NCBI GenBank assembly: GCA_002269645.1
Contig: NIVC01002660.1
Coordinates: 1-64,000 of the forward strand
DNA length: 64,000 nt
DNA from: Macrostomum lignano
Lineage: Eukaryota
Reading direction: 5' to 3'
Part shown: positions 22,047-64,000 of the stretch, piece by piece
Layout of the letters: every line of letters starts with the position of its first letter
Numbering within the stretch: the stretch's first letter is position 1
Translations under genes and position numbers: made by a program
Notes under the pieces: generated by a model
The model's input: the letters and a program-made list of their open reading frames with translations, nothing else
Database searches by the model: none
Told to the model about the DNA's origin: nothing

Positions 22047-23549
22047 TCACTTGGTCACCAGCTGGAAGTAGCCTCTCCCGAGACTGCCTCGGCTATTGTT
22101 AACAGGCTGCAGAGCGTAGTACTGATGGCGGTGATGCTGCGGCTGCTGCAGATATACGTGATGATGCTGTGGCATCCGGGAACGAACAGGTACCAGCTTC
22201 ACCAGCTGGCCTGACGGCTGCTGCGGCGGGCTATACTGCGGCTGCAGCACCTGGAAGTTGGAGTTGGACCTCTGCGAGTTTGTCACGTAGGTTACCTGAG
22301 GTCGCCTGCCATCAACACGGTCCACATCGTCGTAGCTGTTCGACGTCTGAACCCGAAGCGTACCTGGCCGGGCCGCGAATCCTCCGCTGCTGCGTCCGTT
22401 GATGACGCTGCGCTCGTTTAGCAGCGTCGGCGGCCCATTCTGCGACTCGAACACCGCGTAGGTGGCTCCGGCAGGCACGTCGTCGTAGTTGATGACGACC
22501 GAGTCGATGGTTCGTTCGGTTCTGCTGCCGCGCTCGTGAGCGGCGGCTTGGCGCTGATCGAAGAACCCATCGTCGGGCATCGATGTGGACACTGACGAGG
22601 CCCTGACGGTGACGCGGGCCTCCGGGGAGGCGGCTGATCGTCGAGGCTGAACCTGCGACGCCAGGGCCCGCTGGGAGTAGCCCCGTTCGAGCGGTCCGAA
22701 TCCCGGGAAACCGCTGTCCGCTGAGAATGACGACATTCGCGGCTCTGTCTGAGATTTCTGCTGTTGCTGTTGCTGCTGCTGAGTGGCCGCTGCCTGCATG
22801 GCCCAGTTGCTGGTGGCCGTCTGTCGCACAGGCGTGTCAGGCAGGTAGTTGGCCTCCTCAGCTGCCAGCCGGCGCTGCTTGTCGATGAGCCGGGTGGCCT
22901 CGGTCAGCGCAGCCGGATCCTTGAATTGCAGCACGGTGATGCATTTCTGATCGAAATCCCGGGTACAGAGCGTCAGCAGGCGCTGCGGTGTCGGCTGCCT
23001 GGGCGAGATGCAGGCCACAATGCGCTGGTACTTGATGTGCTCGAGAGGCATGGAAGCGAACAGGCCGTTCTCGCCCAGCCGCAGGCCAGTGTTGAACACC
23101 CTCAGGCAGGTCCGAACTCGAGCGTTGCTCTTGGCGACTCGCCGGACAAGCTCCTCGGCCTTCTCTGGCCCGAAGTCGTCCTCAGGCCCGAGCAGAAAGC
23201 GGCCGCAGACTTGAATTTTTACTTTGAGCAGCTTCTGCGCCTCAGTTGAAGCGAAGAGCTGCTTCTGACGAGGCTCCATTTGCAATCTTGCTTTCTCTCC
23301 TGCTTTCGGACTCGCTTTTGGTTTCTTATTTAATGTGTCCAGACTTAAGGCTTGAATGAGCAGAGGAGAAGCACCCCCGCTGCGAGGGGCCCGATGCCAT
23401 GCAGTCTCAGAATTGCAGACGGCCTCTGTATTAATGGTTTGGGTTTGGTCCACAATTCGAATAGCATGAGAATAAGAATGAACCAGGGAGAGAGCTGTCC
23501 TGACAGCGTTCTTCTCCACCACAAATTGAATAGCCTTGCCAGGAGGCAA
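22047..23549 (-). CDS. Orphan protein; possible PH/PTB-like domain followed by a low-complexity Q/S/P tail
   Basis: 500-codon ORF with GC3-rich codons from ~23279 (MEPRQK), where the real start or exon may lie. Alternating beta/alpha pattern over roughly residues 105-225. Confidence 0.6.
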   Translation of the reverse strand: MPPGKAIQFVVEKNAVRTALSLVHSYSHAIRIVDQTQTINTEAVCNSETAWHRAPRSGGASPLLIQALSLDTLNKKPKASPKAGEKARLQMEPRQKQLFASTEAQKLLKVKIQVCGRFLLGPEDDFGPEKAEELVRRVAKSNARVRTCLRVFNTGLRLGENGLFASMPLEHIKYQRIVACISPRQPTPQRLLTLCTRDFDQKCITVLQFKDPAALTEATRLIDKQRRLAAEEANYLPDTPVRQTATSNWAMQAAATQQQQQQQQKSQTEPRMSSFSADSGFPGFGPLERGYSQRALASQVQPRRSAASPEARVTVRASSVSTSMPDDGFFDQRQAAAHERGSRTERTIDSVVINYDDVPAGATYAVFESQNGPPTLLNERSVINGRSSGGFAARPGTLRVQTSNSYDDVDRVDGRRPQVTYVTNSQRSNSNFQVLQPQYSPPQQPSGQLVKLVPVRSRMPQHHHVYLQQPQHHRHQYYALQPVNNSRGSLGRGYFQLVTK

Positions 23550-24162
23550 AAAGAAACTATTTAATTACCTTTCTACTGCAACGCCCACCATTCTTGTCAT
23601 TTTGAGCACAATTGAAGATCTCTGCTCACACTCGCATTATGACTTGCATCTGTTTAGCATTTACACAACTAGCAACTATGAAGTGGCGTGTTTAGCAAGA
23701 TATTAAAAGTTTGTCGAGTCTCTAATATTCATTCAATTGGAGGAAATGTTTAGGTGGGGCAGAAATATGTTTGACATTAATTTCTTTCCTCTTCTTACAA
23801 ATATCTTGTCAATCAATGCTACTATAGGGAGATGCGGACTCCTTAACCCTTACTTTTCTGATTTAAATATGGTAAAGAATGCAGTTGAATCGCAACGAGG
23901 CACTGTGCAAGATGAATACAGATACGTATAGTACTTCCGGTTAACTGAAAGAACGCTTTCATTCTCCGTTTCTATCCCTGGAAGGACAACACTGCAAGGA
24001 CATCTGCTGTCTGGGTGCACCTCTAATCTGTTTTCAAATTTGCAGCGGAGAGAACTAAGGCTCTCAACTTCCTGTTCCCAGTGAAAGCAATTAGCAAGCA
24101 ATAAGTTGCTGTTGTATTTATTCGTATTTGTATTTTGGTGGTTTCTATGGCTTTTCTGTCTA

Positions 24163-24445
<283 letters not shown>

Positions 24446-24835
24446 GTTTGCTGCTCAGACAAAGGATCTGGGAGGTAGGCAGCTCAGATTGAGGATGTGG
24501 GAGGTTGGATATTTCGACCCCCTATGCGTTGTTGAGTTTTTTATTTACCCATAAATAAAGGCTTTTGACTCTCCCTTTTAACTGATACTGAAGTAGCATT
24601 TTATTTCAAGTACATGTATAGTTCGACATAATGCTATCATGTCAGTGATACGTTCGCATGTACACTGTATTGTCATGTATATAAAATAGCTTCGCAAGCA
24701 ATTTATTAGCCTTAGATATAATTAGCTGTATCGAATGCTGCATTTCCATAATCGCGGTATTGAAAATAAAAAGCTGTCAAACTCCAACCAAAGGGTTCTA
24801 GTAAGTGCAATTGTAAAATAAAGCGCGTGAAACAG

Positions 24836-25215
24836 ATGGGAAGCAGGATGTGGGAAGTGGGTGAGGGGAAGCAAGATATGGGAAGTGGGTGAGGGGAAGC
24901 AGGATGTGGGAAGTGGGTGATGGAAAGCAGGATATGGGATGTGGGTGAGGGGAAGCAGGATATGGGAAGTGGGTGATGGAAAGCAGGATATGGGAAGTGG
25001 GTGACGGTAAGCAGGATATGGGAAGTGGGTGATGGGAAGCAGGATATGGGAAGTGGGTGACGGTAAGCAGGATATGGGAAGTGGGTGAGGGGAAGCAGGA
25101 TACGGGAAGTGGGTGACGGTAAGCAGGATATGGGAAGTGGGTGAGGGGAAGCAGGATATGGGAAGTTAGTGAGGGGAAGCATAGGATGTGGGAAGTGGGG
25201 GAGGGGAAGCAGGAA
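24836..25215. repeat. 27-bp G-rich minisatellite (gggaagcaggatatgggaagtgggtga)
   Basis: About 14 copies. Confidence 0.92.
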
Positions 25216-25953
25216 ACATGAAGTTGTAACGCAAACGCGAGCGGTAACAACACAGGGAACAATTGCTCAAAAATCGGTCAACTCCATACAAGATGTGCTC
25301 GCAAAATAAGGTTAAAAATTTTACAACTATCTGAATTTGCCTCTATACATGTAATATTATTCGGTACAAACTATGGACCAGGTGAACAGTAAATTAGCGC
25401 TTCACCTTTTCCAGATTTTTTATCTGAAATCTCATATTCCATGATAATTTGGCCTGGGATTTACATGTGTCTTAAATGATTTATTACACAAAGCTGTCAG
25501 CAAATCTAAAAAAGTTGGGAACACAGCACGGATGTAATGACAGTTTCACAGAGTTTAAGATATACTTTGAGTAGCGCAATGCAAACAGCTGTAAGCTCAA
25601 TGATAGCCAGTCATAGGAGGTCCATAAACACTTGAAGACCCGGTTATAACTTTATAGCACTAAACAGACAATTTTTAGTCATCCGACACTACTTTGTAAG
25701 TAGAGAGTGTAGAATGTGACGCGAAAAGCTTGAATGGCGGGCAAAGAAATGTCGCAATTATTCAAGTTCTGTTCAGCCTAGCTGCTGAAGTCTACAAGGA
25801 CAGCATGGCTCTTCTAAATGATATTCGTAGGTACAGACGGCAAGAAATTGTCCATTTAACCAAAACCACGGCCTGTCTGTGACGTGTTCTGTCTTCTGTG
25901 CTACTACCGATGGTCATTGGAGTTTTGCGCGTTCGCCCGCTTTCTCGGCCATT

Positions 25954-57859
<31,906 letters not shown>

Positions 57860-58865
57860 TTCTGAGTCCCGTGCGATGAGGCGCAGAGGCTGCAGTCAAG
57901 CCTTTGGCGTGCGTCTAGACTGAAAAATGTGCCGGGGCCGGCTTGTATTCGACAACTTGATGAAGCCCCAATAGCAGCCTCCTAAACTAGCCGTTCAATA
58001 TTATTCTTCTCAAGCTGCTATTCAAACCCGACATTGTTGGCCGGAACTGACGACGAACTAAGGATGCTGACAGTGAGCATCGACATGGATTAGAGAGGCT
58101 GGGAGGTAAAAACGGCCCTGCACTAGAAGGCACTCGTGGAACCTGGGAGGGATTTGGAAATGGGCTGCAAAATTTTTTTTGAGGATTCTGGGGATTCCCT
58201 GGGAGCTCTTCTGCCGGCCCTGTCCCCTTCTTCCCCTGTCTGTTTGTTCCCACCTCTGCTTTAAGCCGGGCATTGCAGCCGCTGGCCGAAGCAAAACACG
58301 AGCTGCCCCCCTCCTCCCCCCCACCGTTCCAGTCGCTGCCCCCGTGCGGAATGAAGAAGCGCTCGGTCCCTGCATTCATGCTTCCACTCTCCCGCTCTCT
58401 CGCTTCACCCCCAGCCCCCTTGCCTGCCCCTCCAGCCCAGCTGCAGCTGCTGTTTGGCCCCCTGACAGGGCAGGCCGAGGCCACGGGGCTCTGATAAGTC
58501 CACAGCCTCCTGTACTGCAGCTCGTAGCCCAACCTGGCCTGGGTTTTTTTCTCCCCAATAGCCGGTCGTCCTGCCTCAGCCCCCGGGGCAGTCGGAGCAG
58601 GAGACTTTCGGTGCACCTTTATGTCAGCAGCACGTGCCAAGCGGCGCGAGCTTTTGGAAGATGAAGAATGCCTTGGAGGCTGGAAAGCATTTTCTTAGAC
58701 ATGGGAATTTGAGCGGTAGTTTATTATCTCTTCAGAAAGATTATTCTGAATCAAGAGTCGCTGAACTTTCACTTTCTAAACGATCATTAATATAAATTTG
58801 TTTGGGTCATTTGTTTTGCTCGACTTAAAGATAGGGCTTTACTATTTTACTATTGTGTAAAGTAT

Positions 58866-59148
58866 AGAGGAATTATAGAGGAGTTATAGAGGAATTATGG
58901 AGGAATTATATAGGAATTATAGAGGAATTATGGAGAAATTGTAAGGGAATTATAGGAGGAATTATGGAGGAATTATGGAGGAATTATAGGGGAATTATAG
59001 GGGAATTATAGAGGAATCATGGGGGAATTACAGAGGAATCATGGAGTAATTATGGGGGAATTATAGAGGAATTATAGGGGAATTATAAATGAATTATAGA
59101 GGAATCATGGGGGAATTACAGAGGAATTATGGAGGAATTATGGGGGAA
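58866..59148. repeat. ~11-12-bp gaggaattat(a/g)g repeat
   Basis: Direct reading. Confidence 0.85.
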
Positions 59149-60542
59149 ATAAGCGACCTCACCTGCCGAACTCAACGCAGCTCGATAAATAAGTGTATAT
59201 CGCAAAACAGCGAGGTTTTCGGGGTCACGGGGGGTGTTCGTTCTGCTTCACTTCGGAGACTTTGGTTTGGACAAAAATCGCCTCAACCTGGGAAGAATGA
59301 ATGAACTGCAGGCGAGTGCGGACTGTGGGAGGGAGACAGGGGATTGGGAATAATTACTTTTTATCAGAGCCCCGAGCCGAAGGGAAGAGAAAGGGAGACG
59401 GGAGCCGGCAGGGTTGAGCTGGGAGTCTCTCCCAGCCAATGGGGACGGCGGTGTTGAGAAGGAGAGGGAAAGGGATTTGGGAAATATGAGGAGCAGAACA
59501 GCCCGGCCATGTGGCTGCCAAAAATATTCCTCAATTGAATTTTTTTGGTAGACTATAATATGCTCTGGTCTGAGCATCCGTCTGTAGAAGTACTCTGCAA
59601 ACTCCTACATCAGGAAGCGCAAACTCACCTTGATAGGGAAGATCAACTTTGGGGATAATTCGCTGGACAAGAGCCTCTACCAGCAGTTGCAGCGATTTCT
59701 GTTCAGTTCGGGCCAACAATGCCGGCATTCGGCTCGGCTCGGATTTCACACTCCGCGCTGAGATAACGAGGGAGGGTTGGGGGAGCAGGGGCGGGGCTTG
59801 GGGTGTCCACCCGCCTTAGATTTCATGTTCACAGCTGGGCCACAATCGGCCGCTTCCCGACACAATCACACAGAACTGGCCCCTTCTTGCTTTTCCCAAT
59901 TTTTTTTTCCGGGTCATTTTTTTTCAGTACGAACTGAGGCAGTTGTGCCGCCGCTGCGGGGGGGGGGGTGGGGCGAGCTGCACAGATGAGGACACAGTGT
60001 TTACGGGGGAGAGAGGTACTACTGGGGGGAAGAGGGTGGAGGCAAGTCCCGGCTCACAATAATAGGATCTGCTCATGTGCCTTATGCATATAGCTGGTGG
60101 CCTCTAGAAGTCAGTCACACAAGCGCGCTCTCCCAGCCATTTCGTTTAAGCCTCCCTGCCCTCCCGGGTTACTACCACTGCTCAAAAGCATGCAGAAATG
60201 TGCGCGTGCGTTCCCTCTGATTCCAATGCACAAATCGAGCATTTTTTAGCTGAAAATGCGAATTCGAGGCTACAGCAGATAGTCAAATGTTTCAGCTGTA
60301 GTTGCCACATCAACAGTTAATGACATCAGGCCAAGCGACTGAGTGAGCACTTGCAAGTTAATGAGTTGGTCGATTCTCTCAGGCCCAGGCAGAAAATTTT
60401 TTTATGCGTTTGCTAACCGGGCGCAAATGAAAAAAGCACTTATTGATGAGGCTAATGGACTGTTGTATCCGCGTATGTTTATTTCTGTAACTTCTATTCT
60501 GCTATATTCTATTTATAGCATATATCTGCAACTGTTATATCC

Positions 60543-61430
60543 GTGATTATTATATCCGTGACTGTTATACCTGTGATTATTATATCTGTGACTGTTATAT
60601 CTGTGACTGTTATATCTGGGACATTTATATCTGTGACTGTTATATCTGTGACTGTTATATCTGTGATTATTATATCTGTGACTGTTATATCTGTGACTGC
60701 TATATCTGGGACATTTATATCTGTGACTGTTATATCTGTGACTGCTATATCTGGGACATTTATATCTGTGACTGTTATATCTGTGACTGTTATATCTGTG
60801 ACTGTTATATCTGAGACTGGTATATCTGTTACTGTTATATCTGTGACTGCTATATCTGGGACATTTATATCTGTGACTGTTATATCTGAGACTGGTATAT
60901 CTGTTACTGTTATATCTGTGACTGCTATATCTGAGACATTTATATCTGTGACTGTTATATCTGTGACTGTTATATCTGAGACTGGTATATCTGTGACTGT
61001 TATATCTGTGACTGCTATATCTGGGACATTTATATCTGTGACTGGTATATCTTTAACTGGTATATCTGTGACTGGTATATCTGTGACTGTTATATCTGTG
61101 ACTGGTATATCTGTGACTGTTATATCTGTGACTGGTATATCTGTGACTGGTATATCTGTAACTGGTATATCTGTGACTGTTATATCTGTGACTGTTAATC
61201 TGATTGTTACATGTATATCTGTGACTGGTATATCTGTGACATTTATATCTGTGACTGGTATATCTGTGACTGGTATATCTGTGACTGTTATATCTGTGAC
61301 TGTTATATCTGTGACTGTTATATTTGAGACTGGTATATCCGTTACTGTTATATCTGTGACTGTTATATTTGAGACTGGTATATCCGTTACTGTTATATCT
61401 GTGACTGGTATATCTGTGATTGTTATACCC
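60543..61430. repeat. 15-bp minisatellite (gtgactgttatatct)
   Basis: About 58 copies. Confidence 0.95.
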
Positions 61431-61899
61431 GTGGCTTGCAGAACCGTGACTGTTACAGCCTTAGCTACTTGTACTATCCTGGGTAAACAAAAACTGCAGA
61501 CTTAAAGCAAAAATCCCGGGACCTTTATCTTTTTGCAAGCCGTCAACACAGAGCATCCTCCAGCAGCCGACCTCCCCCAGCCCTTACTCGCTACCTTTTT
61601 GTCCTTTTTAGCGTTCAGCCTGTGAAGTTCGCTGCGCTTACTGCTATTGACTGTAGCAACAGGAACGGTAACTGAGACTGTGCCGAAGGAAGAGGTCGGA
61701 GCCTGGCTAAGAGGAACTGCTGCTTTCTGAAGCTCGGTTCAGCCTCTTAGCAACGGCACGAGGACTCGATTTACAAAGAGTCCATATCGGCTGGCTTGCT
61801 GCTTCAAAGCTCGCAAAGGGGGGGCGTCTTCGGCACAATTGACTGCCGCTTTGGGATGAGACAGAGGTTGAATTGAATTTGTTATTAGCCACTGCAGTG

Positions 61900-62240
<341 letters not shown>

Positions 62241-63035
62241 AGAGACACGGGAGCATTCTCTATTCTATTGTAATGCGCACAGAAGCTGCTGATTTCGGCT
62301 CTTTATCATCGCTGCAGAATCCCAAGGGTACCTGAGAGCTGATGAAGCATTGCGTGTTTCGGCTTGCTGAAATCGTTAAGAATTTTAATTGATCAGCTAA
62401 TTGGAAAAAATCGAAAAAACAAGTCAGAATATCTTCGCCATTCTACAAGCGTGTATCTTAAATCAAAAGTATCCAATACTGAGGTCACGTGACCAATCTT
62501 GCCATCTTGGCGATCTGCGAAGAAAAGCTACTTTATTTTTCCCCGCGAGAGCGGCCCCTCTCGGCCTCCCATTGATCCATGGCCGGAGGAGAAGTATTTC
62601 TGCCGCAAAAGAAGACGCAAAAGCGGGAGCACGAAGTGTTGCAAAAAGAGCCCCCCTTATCCGGCTCGAGAATTTTCGGATAGTCACTCCGCCTTGGGGG
62701 ATAAATGTTATGGCCTCGGAGGGAGCTGTGTTAATCCCCTAGTCTTGCAGTTAGCTGTGGGATCGATTTGAGCGGCTCTGCGCTCCGGTTCCAGGGAAAA
62801 TGAGTGCATTAGTATCTGCAGCATTTAGAGCTGCTGCCTCTGGACATTCAAAGATGGCTGCCAAACAATCAAAAAAAATCTTTGTGGCTTCCCGGTTCCG
62901 GTCGTAGCACTGCGGATGCGAGGGGACCGCGGATTCGCTGTTTAATTGTTCCCAAACAGTGGCTCACAGGCTGAGTGAAGCCTTGAGGGGTCGGGGCTGG
63001 AAGCCACTGAGGTCAGATCTGGAAGCACTATAGGA

Positions 63036-63470
63036 AGAAGCAAGAAGCAGAGCTGAAAGCAACAATAATCAGAGCTGAAGCAGCAAGAAGCAGAGCTGAA
63101 AGCAACAATAATCAGAGCTGGAAGCAGCAAGAAGCAGAGCTGAAAGCAACAATAATCAGAGCTGAAGCAGCAAGAAGCAGAGCTGAAAGCAACAATAATC
63201 AGAGCTGGAAGCAGCAAGCAGCAGAGCTGAAAGAAACAATAATCAGAGCTGGAAGCAGCAAGAAGCAGAGCTGAAAGCAACAATAATCAGAGCTGGAAGC
63301 AGCAAGAATCAGAGCTGAAAGCAACTGGGATCGGAGCTGGAAGCAACAATAATCAGAGCTGGAAGCAGCAAGAAGACGAGCTGAAAGCAACAATAATCGG
63401 AGCTGAAAGCAACAATAATCAGGGCTGGAAGCAGCAAGAAGCAGAGCTGAAAGCAACTGGGATCGGAGCT
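63036..63470. repeat. Alternating 21/22-bp repeat (agagctgaaagcaacaataatc / agagctggaagcagcaagaagc)
   Basis: About 20 units. Confidence 0.9.
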
Positions 63471-63762
63471 GGTCACAAGAATTTATGACGTTTGAGAAGC
63501 ACAGATGATTCCAAGAATTTGAGATCCTTAGACCAATCTCATTGAAATCATTTGCTTCCAGGAGAAATTTTACAAGAAACAAGAGCACGAGTCAGTTTTT
63601 GGATGCCGCAATTTCAATTCCCCTGCCGCATGCCGGTTTATCGCGAACAAACAGACGAGACTGATAGATCTCAATTCTGCCGTTATCTCAGTGCCGGCAG
63701 AACTACCAGAAACTCCTATTTAACAGCTCGCTAATCCTGGCTTTAACCCCGGCCGTCCGGAA

Positions 63763-64000
63763 ATGGCCGCCGAACCCGAGGAGAACTCGCAGACAGGCCA
63801 AAGCTCGGCCGGCTCCCAGCCAGGCGCGGTGACAAGCCTGCTCTTGGACTGCCTGATGAAAAGTTCGGTCAGCGGTTTGCCGAGAATTTTTAGCACTAAT
63901 TCAAAAGCGCTAAAATTGCTGTGGTCCTGCAGCGTGTTGGCCTTCTTCAGCCTGATGGTGTTCAACATCTACAGGATCGCGGTGGTGTACCGGCGGGGCG
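63763..64000 (+). CDS. DEG/ENaC (ASIC-like) channel N-terminus and TM1, truncated by the window end
   Basis: Open frame MAAEPEENSQTGQSSAGSQPGAVTSLLLDCLMKSSVSGLPRIFSTNSKALKLLWSCSVLAFFSLMVFNIYRIAVVYRRG matches the pre-TM1 xxHGxxRI....W + TM1 + Y pattern. Confidence 0.75.
   Translation, partial: MAAEPEENSQTGQSSAGSQPGAVTSLLLDCLMKSSVSGLPRIFSTNSKALKLLWSCSVLAFFSLMVFNIYRIAVVYRRG

Noticed and set aside
57987-60200. GC-rich ORFs upstream of PLCB (and in 37881-38781, 44669-45286)
   Set aside because: No recognisable domains, conflicting overlapping frames and no exon-like codon bias; probably regulatory or repeat-derived.
60543-61505. 320-aa SVTVI ORF
   Set aside because: A 15-bp unit keeps the frame open by construction; no independent coding evidence.
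62680-62750. Possible Helitron- or Crypton-like terminal motif (also 57697-57735)
   Set aside because: Only a vague resemblance, with no partner end or coding remnant.
63720-63968. Minus-strand 82-aa ORF
   Set aside because: Shadow of the plus-strand DEG/ENaC-like frame, which has family motifs.

Overview
Eukaryotic (invertebrate animal) genomic DNA. Short GT-AG introns, very high simple-repeat content and an orphan PH-like gene would fit a free-living flatworm such as Macrostomum, but that is inference only. (1) 1-~7950: right-hand part of an endogenous Polinton/Maverick (adintovirus-like) element. It has ten co-oriented minus-strand genes: cryptic amphipathic-peptide ORF, PLA2-integrase fusion, amphipathic protein, adenovirus pX-like protein, major capsid, A32-like ATPase, conserved hypothetical, minor capsid/penton, adenain-like protease and fibre-like gene. 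Several are broken by single-base indels, mostly in homopolymer runs. No PolB is visible in the window. (2) 8487-12663: long VLIG/GVIN1-type GTPase exon. (3) 15-24 kb: SINE copies, a HINT gene with a hydrophobic leader and degenerate site, Tc1 and probable Gypsy remnants, a 3-exon beta-tubulin and an orphan ORF. (4) 25954-57859: a 25-exon phospholipase C-beta gene (minus strand, ~1244 aa, built by hand). Its long introns mostly consist of intron-specific tandem arrays, plus a 2.2-kb LTR-like insertion in a (TATC)n tract and a LINE fragment. (5) 63763-64000: start of a DEG/ENaC channel gene missed by the ORF track. Most long ORFs in the track between 24 and 63 kb are repeat artefacts. All coordinates were read by eye.
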